Assembly (NCBI GenBank): GCA_028692635.1
Contig: JAQUWX010000002.1
Location: 1 to 53,444, forward strand
Direction of reading: 5' to 3'
From: Alphaproteobacteria bacterium
Lineage (GTDB): Bacteria > Pseudomonadota > Alphaproteobacteria > UBA9219
Length of the DNA: 53,444 nt
The notes below the pieces were generated by a model. It was not told where the DNA came from. It ran no database searches and saw only the letters and a program-made list of their open reading frames with translations. This document shows positions 35,191-43,917 of the stretch, in pieces; position 1 is the first letter of the stretch; the number at the start of each line of letters is the position of its first letter. Made by a program: the position numbers and the translations under genes.

Positions 35191-36906
35191 ATGAAACTCG
35201 TAAATTTTTCTGTCGAAAACTTTAGAAGCATAACCAATGCCTATAGAGTGGACATTTCTCAAACCACAATCATCATTGGGAAGAACAATGAAGGAAAGTC
35301 AAATCTCCTAAAAGCATTGGCCATCGCAATGAATGCGATCATCAGTCACGCCCATGATAAGAAGTTTCGCCCAACGCCTATTTCTAGACAAAGATATTTG
35401 CACAGAAAAAGTGAACAAACTTACGATTGGGTAAGAGACTATCCCGTAAGTGAACAAGACAATGAAAACGGATTTTCTGAATTTAGGCTCGAATTTCACC
35501 TTGAAGATCGAGAGGTGAACGAATTTTATCAAGCAGTAAAGTCCTCGCTGAACGGAACCCTCCCCATCATTGTTAAAATTGGCAAGGACGGCGCCCCCGT
35601 TGTCCGTGTCTCGAAAAGAGGGAAAGGCAGCAAAACTCTCAACGAGCGGTCTGACAAAATTACAGATTTTATTGCTCAAAGGATTGCCTTTAATTACATC
35701 CCAGCAGTGAGAACAGAACGCGAGGCCAAGTCGGAAATAGACCGCATGTTGTCTGAAGCTCTTGAGAAATTAGAGGAACAGGATGAATACAAAACTGCAT
35801 TAAAGAAAATTGCGGATATTCAAAAACCAGCCCTTGCAGAATTAGGAAAAAAAATTAAAGAACCTCTTTCGGAATTTCTTCCAGGATTAAAATCCGTTAA
35901 AATTGTTGTCTCGGAAGAAAGTCGCCGTTTGTCTTACAGACGAGATTTTGACGTCATCATTGACGATGGAACTGCAACGAACATTGAATATAAAGGCGAC
36001 GGTATAAAGAGCCTGGCCACCTTAGGTCTTTTGAAAAACAAAGCATTTCGAAAAGGAGCCTCCATTATTGCAATCGAGGAGCCTGAATCACATTTGCACT
36101 CTGGTGCGATTCATCAGCTTAATGCGATCATTCGCTCCCTCGGGGAAGATAATCAGGTTGTTCTAACAACACACAATCCCGTCTTTGTTGACCGACTTGA
36201 TATCAGCTCAAATATTCTTGTAGAGGGGGGAAGGGCATCAAAGGCAACCAACATCTCTGAGATTCGAGCGTTGTTAGGGGTAAGGGTTTCCGATAACCTT
36301 TCAAATGCAAGCTTTTGTTTGTTAGTTGAAGGCCCCACCGACAAGAGAATAATTTCTTCTATCTTTGCGGCCAGTAGTTCCATTTTAGCGCGAGCGATAA
36401 ATGAAGGTCTGTTAGTTATCGATATGATGAATGGAACAAAGAACCTGCCATACAAATTGGATCTTTGGTTACATTCCCTGTGTACTTGTTATGTGTTGCT
36501 GGATAATGATAAAGACGGACAAAAAGCAGCAAGCGAAATTGCAAAAGACTTACGAACAAAAGAGATGATAAAAAATATTACGCTAACAACCCATAGTGAG
36601 AGGCCAATTGCTGAAATAGAGGACATGATTTCCTTCGGGCTTTATGCACAGGAACTTAATAACAAGTATAATATATCCATGACCGAAACAGGTTTTGATA
36701 GAAACAAAAAGTGGTCTGAAAATTTAAAACAATCCTTTTTATCAGTTGGAAGACCGTGGAACGACACTATCAAGAATGAAGCAAAAGATCTTGTCATGCA
36801 CTGTGTGGAGGCAAAACCAAAGAATGCGCTTAATACAAATGCCACCCCGATTACAACACTCATAAAAACCCTTGAAGCAGCTTTAGAAAAAATAGCGGCT
36901 TCATAA
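35191..36906 (+). CDS. OLD-family nuclease (ABC-type ATPase plus TOPRIM), stand-alone
   Basis: 571 aa. Walker A GKNNEGKSNLLKAL, Walker B IIAIEEPESHLH, TOPRIM glutamate LLVEGPTDK and the DxD motif LLDNDKDGQ. GAGGAG Shine-Dalgarno. Confidence 0.85.
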   Translation: MKLVNFSVENFRSITNAYRVDISQTTIIIGKNNEGKSNLLKALAIAMNAIISHAHDKKFRPTPISRQRYLHRKSEQTYDWVRDYPVSEQDNENGFSEFRLEFHLEDREVNEFYQAVKSSLNGTLPIIVKIGKDGAPVVRVSKRGKGSKTLNERSDKITDFIAQRIAFNYIPAVRTEREAKSEIDRMLSEALEKLEEQDEYKTALKKIADIQKPALAELGKKIKEPLSEFLPGLKSVKIVVSEESRRLSYRRDFDVIIDDGTATNIEYKGDGIKSLATLGLLKNKAFRKGASIIAIEEPESHLHSGAIHQLNAIIRSLGEDNQVVLTTHNPVFVDRLDISSNILVEGGRASKATNISEIRALLGVRVSDNLSNASFCLLVEGPTDKRIISSIFAASSSILARAINEGLLVIDMMNGTKNLPYKLDLWLHSLCTCYVLLDNDKDGQKAASEIAKDLRTKEMIKNITLTTHSERPIAEIEDMISFGLYAQELNNKYNISMTETGFDRNKKWSENLKQSFLSVGRPWNDTIKNEAKDLVMHCVEAKPKNALNTNATPITTLIKTLEAALEKIAAS

Positions 36907-37015
36907 AACCTCTTATTTATTAATGCATTAGTTCGATAGTAATTGTCGTGCCAGTTACCTCTGCCCCGCCACGCCTGATACTCCGCGCTGGTCGTTGCGC
37001 GGCCTTTGTCCCGCA

Positions 37016-37762
37016 TCACCGCGACATCAGAGCGAACACGCCCCAACCTAGATATTCACGGGTGTATCTGGTGTAGCGTTCAGGCGCCGAGGTCAGTTCG
37101 GATCGAACTTCTTTCGCGAAATCATCATCGGGGTTCGTTTCGAGCCATCGGCGCATCGTGAGCCACTTGGCTGCCTCGTACCTGTCCCAGCTGTCTTGGT
37201 CCGCCAGAACCATTTCCACGACGTCGTAGCCGAGGTTGCCGAACGACACGAGAAGTTCCGGAAGTAAGAGAAAGTCCGAGATGGAACCTGCGTGACATTC
37301 CTTGGCGATATCTTCCGCCTCCGGCAATTTCAGCCAGTAGGGCTCGCCAATGAGGATGATTCCTCCCGTGCAGAGACTCTTCGTCAGAAGCTCGATGGTA
37401 CCGGCGACTCCTCCACCAATCCACGTAGCGCCGACACAGGCTGCCACACTGACCTTTTCGTCGGCGACGCAACCGGCAGCGTCTTTGTGGATGAACTCGA
37501 CCAAATCGGTGACGCCTAGTTCGCCCGCACGGCGTTTAGCTTGTTCGGTGAACAACTGGCTCATGTCGATACCAGTGCCTCTAATTCCGTAATTGCGTGC
37601 CCAAGTACACAGCATCTCGCCCGAACCGCTGCCGAGGTCGAGCACACGGGTCCCCGGTTCCAAACGCAGCGCCGCGCCGAGCGTGGCGAGTTTCTCCGGC
37701 GTTAATGGATTGTGGATGCGATGAGCGCTTTCGGTAACGTTGAATATTCGCGGAATGTCCAT
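37016..37762 (-). CDS. class I SAM-dependent methyltransferase (small-molecule type)
   Basis: VLDLGSGSGE motif I. 248 aa. Visibly more GC-rich than its neighbours. Confidence 0.8.
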   Translation of the reverse strand: MDIPRIFNVTESAHRIHNPLTPEKLATLGAALRLEPGTRVLDLGSGSGEMLCTWARNYGIRGTGIDMSQLFTEQAKRRAGELGVTDLVEFIHKDAAGCVADEKVSVAACVGATWIGGGVAGTIELLTKSLCTGGIILIGEPYWLKLPEAEDIAKECHAGSISDFLLLPELLVSFGNLGYDVVEMVLADQDSWDRYEAAKWLTMRRWLETNPDDDFAKEVRSELTSAPERYTRYTREYLGWGVFALMSR

Positions 37763-37876
37763 GGAAGAATCCTGTTTTGGTTAAAGTCGAAGTGTTATTT
37801 GCTCTTGCTGCGGTACTCTGCATTAGCACAGAAACTCGCTGAGGGTCTGATAAAAGTTTGTTTGGTGGATCTCCAC

Positions 37877-38015
37877 GCGGCGCGCATTTTCTGTGAACCC
37901 AGCGTGAACAGAGAGCAGAGATTCTCTGCCGTAACTGGACTTTTAGAGAAAAGTCCAGTTGCATATTCGCCAAGTACTTACAGCGTTTTTCGTGAAAATA
38001 AGCGGTAGGCGGATG
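37877..38015 (+). repeat. about 140-bp direct repeat, copy 2
   Basis: Same order of sub-motifs as copy 1. The identical 28-nt hairpin lies at 37933-37960. Confidence 0.85.
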
Positions 38016-38100
38016 ATGTGCCATTTTTTGCGTAAAATCTGTTCCTAGTGATTTTGCAAAGAGTTATTGCTGCCCTGATTTTTTGGTTGAAATGCCGGCC

Positions 38101-38145
38101 TTGACACCTAAGCACGAGCGGAACATTATGAACGCCCGTTCATAA
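38101..38145 (+). promoter_or_regulatory. sigma70-like promoter (TTGACA-N17-CATTAT) overlapped by a 20-bp palindrome TTATGAACG-CC-CGTTCATAA
   Basis: Read directly. The palindrome (38126-38145) overlaps the -10 element, 33 bp upstream of the 38178 start. Confidence 0.55.
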
Positions 38146-38177
38146 GTGGGATTGATGTCGTTGAAAGGATCGTAGGT

Positions 38178-38855
38178 ATGAGAAAGTCGTCTTTCAGGCA
38201 CGTTCTTGTCTGTATGTGTTTGGCATTCATTTTTTTGGTTGGTGGCGCTCAGGCGGCGGAACCACAGGCATCAAACGTTACGAAGCCCTTGATGAGCGAT
38301 GTAACGTCTTTCGTATATTTCACCGGCATCGGCTGTCCGCATTGTGCGAATGTTGACCCGGTTTTGCTGAAACAGAAAATTCGGCAAGGAAATCTCCTCA
38401 TCATCGAATATGAGATTTATCGCGACAACACGAACGCCCCGCTTTTGATGGCTTATGACAAACAATTTGATACAGGCCTTGGCGTACCGATGGTTGTAAC
38501 AGAAGGCAAAAAAGATGGTGCAGTCGTGGGCGATACACCTATTTTGGAATCGCTGGATTCGCTGATTGCCAAGAACAAAAACAACGGCGTGGTCCTGCCT
38601 GCTGGCGCACGCTCCTTTATGTCGCTGCCTTTAGCCGATTTGCCACGCATGCCGAAGATTTGGTTCAAGGATCGCGTAGCGGTGCGAAAGGACATGGCGT
38701 CACAAGAAAGCGATGCGATCAAGGCGTTTGTGGTTGATGGGACGGAGCCGCAAGGTTGCGCACCCGTCGCCGAGAAAGAGGTCGCCCTGTCGGACGACAA
38801 GGTTGTTTTTGCGAAAGCCTGCGTCTTCAACGGCTGGCTTTTGCTGCGTGATTAA
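38178..38855 (+). CDS. secreted thioredoxin-fold protein (CxxC)
   Basis: Signal peptide ...GGAQA/AEP. Active-site GCPHC. Confidence 0.7.
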   Translation: MRKSSFRHVLVCMCLAFIFLVGGAQAAEPQASNVTKPLMSDVTSFVYFTGIGCPHCANVDPVLLKQKIRQGNLLIIEYEIYRDNTNAPLLMAYDKQFDTGLGVPMVVTEGKKDGAVVGDTPILESLDSLIAKNKNNGVVLPAGARSFMSLPLADLPRMPKIWFKDRVAVRKDMASQESDAIKAFVVDGTEPQGCAPVAEKEVALSDDKVVFAKACVFNGWLLLRD

Positions 38856-38866
38856 GGGAGGTTGTT

Positions 38867-39565
38867 ATGGAAGAAGTTTCTTTAGGAAAAGTTATCTCGC
38901 TCGCGCTCGTCGATGCTGTGAACCCATGCGAGTTTGCAGTGCTAACGATGCTGCTGGTGTCGATCATCGCTTATAATCCGCACAAGAAGGCGAACATCAT
39001 TTGGGCTGGGCTTTCGTTCAGCTTGGCCGTGTTCATCATGTATTTGATCTACGGCTTGTTTATCATCAAGTCCTTCCAGTTGGTTCAGGGGATCACATGG
39101 GTGCGCCCGTTCCTGTATAAAGGATTGGGCGGCGTTGCGGTTATCTTGGGCGCCCTTCAGATCAAGGATTTCTTCGCCTACAAAATCGGCAGTTTTGGGA
39201 CGGAAATGCCCGTCAGTTGGCGGCCCAAGGTTAAGGCTTTGATCGCAAAAGTCACGTCACCTGCGGGAGCCTTTGTCGTTGGTCTTTTGGTTACGCTGTT
39301 TCTTCTGCCTTGCACCATCGGCCCCTATATCATTTTGGGCGGATTGTTGTCCGTGATGGACATCATCAAAACCTTGCCGACATTGCTTCTCTACAACGTG
39401 ATCTTCATCTCGCCGATGCTGCTGATCACGCTTGTGGTGTATATGGGTCTCAGCCGCGTCGAAGACGTGCAAGATTGGAAGGATAAAAACATTCGTTATC
39501 TGCATCTGATCGCGGGGCTGCTTATCCTCGGCCTCGGCATCGCCATGATCGGAGAATGGGTATAA
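38867..39565 (+). CDS. CcdA/DsbD-family thiol:disulfide electron-transfer membrane protein
   Basis: 6 TM helices. Conserved NPCEF in TM1 and LPCTIGP in TM4. Confidence 0.75.
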   Translation: MEEVSLGKVISLALVDAVNPCEFAVLTMLLVSIIAYNPHKKANIIWAGLSFSLAVFIMYLIYGLFIIKSFQLVQGITWVRPFLYKGLGGVAVILGALQIKDFFAYKIGSFGTEMPVSWRPKVKALIAKVTSPAGAFVVGLLVTLFLLPCTIGPYIILGGLLSVMDIIKTLPTLLLYNVIFISPMLLITLVVYMGLSRVEDVQDWKDKNIRYLHLIAGLLILGLGIAMIGEWV

Positions 39566-39568
39566 ATC

Positions 39569-39892
39569 ATGCGCCCACGCAAATGCCGCCTTGTCCGATC
39601 AAGCCCGATGGCGCGTTTCTTCAAGCCGCGCGGGATCCCTCTGTGCGATCTGGAGGTCGTCAAGCTGAAGGACGAGGAATACGAAGCCCTGCACCTGTCC
39701 GACTATAAAAACATGGAACAGATCGATGCGGCAAAGTTGATGGGCATCTCGCGCCCGACTTTCTCGCGCATTCTCTCCAGCGCACGCAAGGCCATCGCCA
39801 AGGCTATTATCGAAGGCGGCGCTCTGGAAATCGAAGGCGGCGATTTTGAGCGGATTGAATCGCCCATAACATGCAAAGGAAAAAAGAAATGA
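39569..39892 (+). CDS. DUF134 (UPF0251) family putative DNA-binding protein
   Basis: MRPRKCRLV...FKPRGIP...L.DEEYEALHLSDYKNMEQIDAAKLMGISRPTFSRIL is the characteristic DUF134 pattern. Confidence 0.8.
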   Translation: MRPRKCRLVRSSPMARFFKPRGIPLCDLEVVKLKDEEYEALHLSDYKNMEQIDAAKLMGISRPTFSRILSSARKAIAKAIIEGGALEIEGGDFERIESPITCKGKKK

Positions 39893-40227
39893 AAATAGCT
39901 TTCTCGACAACCGGCACGGATTTATCCGCACCGATGGATCCGCGCTTTGGACGAGCCGCGTTCTTTTTGATCTATGACACGGAAACAAAAGCAGTCGAGG
40001 CGATCAAAAACGCTTATGCTGACGCGGGTCAAGGCGCGGGCATCAAGGCGGCAGAAACCATCGTCAAAGCCGGAGCCAAAGTTCTGGTGACGGGCGATTG
40101 CGGCCCGAAGGCGTTCAGCGCATTGAAACAAGCAAACGTCAAAATCTATTCAGCCAAAAATATTTCTGTAGCCGACGCCTTGGCGGCATTTGAAGCTGAA
40201 AAACTGACGGAAATCACGGCGGCATGA
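39889..40227 (+). CDS. NifX/NifB-C-like (dinitrogenase FeMo-cofactor biosynthesis domain) protein
   Basis: MKIAFSTTG...PRFGRAAFFLIYD...VLVTGDCGPKAF. Confidence 0.75.
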   Translation: MKIAFSTTGTDLSAPMDPRFGRAAFFLIYDTETKAVEAIKNAYADAGQGAGIKAAETIVKAGAKVLVTGDCGPKAFSALKQANVKIYSAKNISVADALAAFEAEKLTEITAA

Positions 40228-41054
40228 AGATCGCCATTGCATCCGGTAAAGGCGGTACAGGGAAAACGACGCTGGCCATCAATCTTGCTCTCGCGGCGAA
40301 AAGCCCCGTCCATCTGTTGGATTGCGATGTGGAAGCGCCGAACGCGCATTTGTTTTTGAGGGGTGATCTTATCCGCCAGCGCATTGTGACGATCCCTGTG
40401 CCTGAGGTTGATGAAGGCAAATGCGACGGCTGCGGCCTATGCAGCGATTTTTGCGCTTTTAATGCGATTGTGTCGTTTGGAACTATTCCGGCGATCTCGC
40501 ATGAGATGTGCCACGGCTGCGGTGGATGCATGCGTGTCTGTCCACAAAAGGCCATACATGAAACCGACAAACAGATCGGCGTTGTCGAAATATTCTCTTG
40601 CGGCGCGATCACGCTTGTTCAAGGCAAACTCGATATTAGCGTTGCGCTGGCCCCACCGCTTATTCGCGCCGTCAAAGAAGAGGCGCAAGGTGATCTCGTT
40701 ATCATCGACGCGCCGCCCGGAACCTCTTGCCCCGTGATTGCGACGTTGCGCGAAGCGGATTTTGTCGTGTTGGTGACCGAGCCGACGCCCTTTGGATTGA
40801 ACGATCTTCGCCTTGCCGTCGATGTGGTGCGCGAACTTAGTTTGCCTTTTAGCGTCGTCATCAATCGCGCCGAGAAGGGAGACGGGCTTGTTCGCCCCTA
40901 TCTTGAAGCCGAGAAGATAGCGCTTCTGACCACCATTACCGATGACCGCCGTATTGCCGAGACCTACGCCAAAGGACAGACAATTATCGACGCCTTGCCA
41001 GAATATGAAGTGCTTTTCACGAAGCTTCTGCAAAAAATCCGCGAGTCTGCATGA
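40224..41054 (+). CDS. MinD/ParA-type P-loop ATPase with an inserted 2x[4Fe-4S] ferredoxin domain
   Basis: Deviant Walker A SGKGGTGKTT. CDGCGLCSDFC and CHGCGGCMRVCP cluster motifs. Confidence 0.85.
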   Translation: MKIAIASGKGGTGKTTLAINLALAAKSPVHLLDCDVEAPNAHLFLRGDLIRQRIVTIPVPEVDEGKCDGCGLCSDFCAFNAIVSFGTIPAISHEMCHGCGGCMRVCPQKAIHETDKQIGVVEIFSCGAITLVQGKLDISVALAPPLIRAVKEEAQGDLVIIDAPPGTSCPVIATLREADFVVLVTEPTPFGLNDLRLAVDVVRELSLPFSVVINRAEKGDGLVRPYLEAEKIALLTTITDDRRIAETYAKGQTIIDALPEYEVLFTKLLQKIRESA

Positions 41055-41932
41055 AAGAGATCGTCATCATCAGCGGCAAAGGCGGAACAGGCAAGACAAG
41101 CCTGACAGCCAGCTTCGCGCTCCTCGCGCAAAACTCTGTTCTAGCCGATTGCGACGTGGATGCGGCAGATTTGCATCTGATCCTCACACCGGACGTTAAA
41201 GAACAACACGAATTCTGGAGCGGCGTCGAAGCGATCATTGATCCTGCGCTTTGCACCAACTGCGGCGCGTGTCTGAATCTGTGCCGATTTGATGCGATCA
41301 AGGAAACGAACGGCGCGTTCCTTATCGATGCGACCGCCTGCGAAGGCTGTGGCGTTTGCGCCCGTTTTTGCCCTAAGGGTGCTGTCCGGCTTAAAAAACG
41401 CCTGTGCGGCGCATGGACGGTCTCGGACACGCGTGCGGGGCCGATGGTTCATGCAAGGCTCGGCATCGCTGCGGAAAATTCCGGCAGACTGGTTTCGACG
41501 GTGCGGCAAGAAGCGCGACGCGTGGCGGAAGAAACAAAACGCGACATGATCCTAATCGACGGCCCGCCCGGCATCGGTTGTTCGGTGATAGCCTCGATTT
41601 CAGGCGCGAGCGCCGCGCTGATCGTGACCGAACCGACGCCAAGCGGAGAGCACGATCTTTTGCGGGCAACGGAACTGACGCGGCATTTCAAGGTTCCGAG
41701 CTTCATTTGCGTCAACAAATGGGACATTGCGCCAGAAAAAGCCGAGCAGATCGAAGATCAAGCGACAGAAAACGGCGCAACTGTCCTTGGCCGCATTCGC
41801 TATGACAAAGGCGTCACGCAAGCGCAAAAACAGGCAAAGGCCGTGATCGAAACCGATACGCCCTCAGCTTCCGACATCAAAGACCTGTGGAAACACTTTC
41901 AACAACAAATGGAAAAGGAAAAACAACTATGA
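41051..41932 (+). CDS. MinD/ParA-type P-loop ATPase with an inserted 2x[4Fe-4S] ferredoxin domain (second paralog)
   Basis: SGKGGTGKTS. CTNCGACLNLC and CEGCGVCARFCP. Confidence 0.85.
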   Translation: MKEIVIISGKGGTGKTSLTASFALLAQNSVLADCDVDAADLHLILTPDVKEQHEFWSGVEAIIDPALCTNCGACLNLCRFDAIKETNGAFLIDATACEGCGVCARFCPKGAVRLKKRLCGAWTVSDTRAGPMVHARLGIAAENSGRLVSTVRQEARRVAEETKRDMILIDGPPGIGCSVIASISGASAALIVTEPTPSGEHDLLRATELTRHFKVPSFICVNKWDIAPEKAEQIEDQATENGATVLGRIRYDKGVTQAQKQAKAVIETDTPSASDIKDLWKHFQQQMEKEKQL

Positions 41933-42264
41933 TCATCGCCATCCCCCTCGAAGACGGAAAGCTATGCCAGCATTTTGGTCACTGCGCCAAGTTCGCTCTG
42001 ATCCAAACAGACGATAAAAACGCCATCACGGCGCGGCGCAACATTGACGCTCCGCCACACGAACCGGGCCTTTTGCCAACTTGGCTACATGAGCGCAGCG
42101 TCAATCTCATCATTTGCGGCGGCATGGGGCCGCGCGCGCTCGAATTGTTCGAGCAAAAAGGGATCGACGTTATCACGGGTGCACCCATTGAAACACCAGA
42201 GGCTCTTATCGCAGCGCATTTTACCGGAACTTTGCAAACGGCTCCGAACAGTTGCGATCATTAA
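41929..42264 (+). CDS. NifX/NifB-C-like domain protein
   Basis: MIIAIPLEDGKLCQHFGHC...ICGGMGPRALELF. ATGA overlap with the previous gene. Confidence 0.75.
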   Translation: MIIAIPLEDGKLCQHFGHCAKFALIQTDDKNAITARRNIDAPPHEPGLLPTWLHERSVNLIICGGMGPRALELFEQKGIDVITGAPIETPEALIAAHFTGTLQTAPNSCDH

Positions 42265-42343
42265 GTCGTTTTTCAGGAACAACCTGAAAAGTCCCTAAAA
42301 AGTTTTTGCGGAAATCGTTTCATTACATATGGTTAGATTGTGG

Positions 42344-42400
42344 CCCCAAAAAGAAATCCGGTTATAATCAACGCGATAACAAGGAGCATGTTCGCTGCGA
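42344..42400 (+). repeat. dispersed intergenic repeat, copy d
   Basis: ccccaaaaagaaatccggttataatcaacgcgataacaaggagcatgttcgc. It lies about 37 bp before copy 2 of the 132-bp repeat. Confidence 0.7.
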
Positions 42401-42436
42401 GCCATTCAACAAGGCGGCGGAGCACGTGTACGCCGC

Positions 42437-42568
42437 TTATTGGAGAGAGCAAACGAAGAGCTGTTCTTCCTTCAGTCGCTCATGCTTTTTTCTCAAATTG
42501 CAGATTATAACTCATTTGGCCACATCTTCTTGAAAACGTCAATCGCACTGCATGTCCACAGCACTATC
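42437..42568 (+). repeat. 132-bp direct repeat, copy 2
   Basis: See 15086-15217. Confidence 0.8.
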
Positions 42569-42620
42569 CCCCTTTCGTTTCCGGCGATTGCGCGATATCA
42601 TCGGAGCGAAGGAGAAGGCC

Positions 42621-43133
42621 ATGAAGTGCCGCGTCGGCGCAATCATTTACGTCCATGACAAAATGCAATCGCGGTACAGCTATGCGATTATGGAACCGGC
42701 TGGAAAAAACTTCGCCCCCAACTTCATTCCTCGTTTTTCACCAAAAGAAATGCTTAAACTCGGCATTTTCGAAGGAAAATATTGCAACGATTGCCGCAAT
42801 GAATTTCCGGAAGACTGGTTTACCGAGGCAAAAACAAGCGACACACCTAATCCTGAGTTGAACTTTTTCAAGATCAAAAGTCGTCAGTCTCTTTCGGTCT
42901 GGCGTAAAAACGGATGGATCATCGGCCCCGATCCACGCGGTTGGTTTCAATGGTATTGCCGCTATTATCTGGGCCGTCGATTGCCGGAGATAGATGAGCA
43001 ACAAATCAAGCGCTGGAAATCTTTCGCCCGCCATGCAGGTCAAATCAAAGCCAATTGCCTTCCCATGGATATCGACTGCCGACCTCGACAGAGGCAAGCC
43101 CTGCTCCAATGGGCTTATGATCCATTTATCTGA
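42621..43133 (+). CDS. conserved hypothetical protein
   Basis: The ATG at 42621 has a GAAGGAGAAGG Shine-Dalgarno. The upstream part of the track ORF lies inside the repeat. The motif GWFQWYCRYYLGRR seems familiar but I cannot place it. Confidence 0.55.
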   Translation: MKCRVGAIIYVHDKMQSRYSYAIMEPAGKNFAPNFIPRFSPKEMLKLGIFEGKYCNDCRNEFPEDWFTEAKTSDTPNPELNFFKIKSRQSLSVWRKNGWIIGPDPRGWFQWYCRYYLGRRLPEIDEQQIKRWKSFARHAGQIKANCLPMDIDCRPRQRQALLQWAYDPFI

Positions 43134-43148
43134 CTAAATCCAAACCCC

Positions 43149-43289
43149 ATGAAAAATGCATCGACCCCACTTGCGGCGCATATCGCGGGCGAGACGACTA
43201 CGCTTGCGACCTGTTGGAAGGTTGCGCGCAAGGACGGGGGCGTATTCGGCTTTCTGTCATCTCAACCCAAGCATCCAAGCTACTCTTAA
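43149..43289 (+). pseudogene. N-terminal remnant of a GTA g13-like / DUF2163 (phage BR0599 family) gene
   Basis: MKNASTPLAAHIAGETTTLATCWKVARKDGGVFGF matches the L..HL....TTL..CW...R.DG...GFTDHD start of DUF2163 proteins. The frame then diverges and stops after 46 codons. Confidence 0.55.
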
Positions 43290-43917
43290 TTTGGCAATCC
43301 AAGATAGTATCGCGGGTCAACAGAAGCCTTGCTCCCCGATGATTGGTCATCGGGTTCTGTTCTCGTGCCTTTCTAATTCGCTTCAAAATGTCTTATGGCG
43401 TTGTTTTCAAGAGGCCAGCCAATACAGTGCCCGCTAAATGTTCAAGGCCCATGAGACGATTAGCCTCGCTATCACGCAGGACAAATTGTGGCCGGAGGAA
43501 TGAGACAGACTGGATTGTATGTTAAAATTACGCGCAGGAGAAAAAGGTTCAACTAGGCTTTAGGCTTATAAAAGAGACAGGGCTTAGAGAATTATTGAAT
43601 CCTTGTGTACGCGTAGTGAGATAGACCAAAAGAAAAACGCGGGGCATGGCCCCGAAAACGGAGCCAGTTCTCTCTCTATCGCGGCATTCTCTCTAAAACC
43701 TCTGAACCGATTGACCGCCAGTTCACAGCTTTCAGTCATGAGATTTCAAAGGGTTGCGAAGGAAAGGTTGCAATCATATATGCATACGATGAACAACCGA
43801 TTGGGTACAAAAAAATATTGAGACACCCCCGTCATGCATCGTTTTCAAACAATGCTAGGCGATGCGTTTGTAATATCCGCTTGCGCGCATATGCCTGTTT
43901 GTGCATAAATAAGCGCT

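Noticed and set aside
35191-36906. A Gabija (GajA/GajB) system call.
   Set aside because: There is no UvrD-like helicase gene adjacent. The downstream gene is a convergent small-molecule-type methyltransferase. Only the OLD-family assignment is supported.
33904-36906. The metallophosphoesterase and the OLD nuclease as one two-gene operon/system.
   Set aside because: They are separated by about 400 bp containing a dispersed repeat and hairpins, and the OLD gene has its own Shine-Dalgarno. A functional link remains possible but the sequence does not show it.
37581-38024. A 147-aa minus-strand ORF (and the 70-aa ORF at 33757-33969) covering the 140-bp repeats.
   Set aside because: Both run through the repeat/hairpin sequence. 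The first also overlaps the methyltransferase start. The shared similarity is explained by the DNA repeat, not by coding.
39889-42264. A nitrogen-fixation (nif) cluster, because of the NifX/NifB-like domains.
   Set aside because: No nifH, nifD, nifK, nifE, nifN or radical-SAM NifB gene is present. These small NifX-fold proteins with MinD-ferredoxin ATPases occur widely in non-diazotrophs.
43156-43821. Several 60-93-aa ORFs in the gap before arsR.
   Set aside because: They overlap each other in different frames and have no SD or motif support. The first overlaps the DUF2163 relic. I treat the region as non-coding or decayed.
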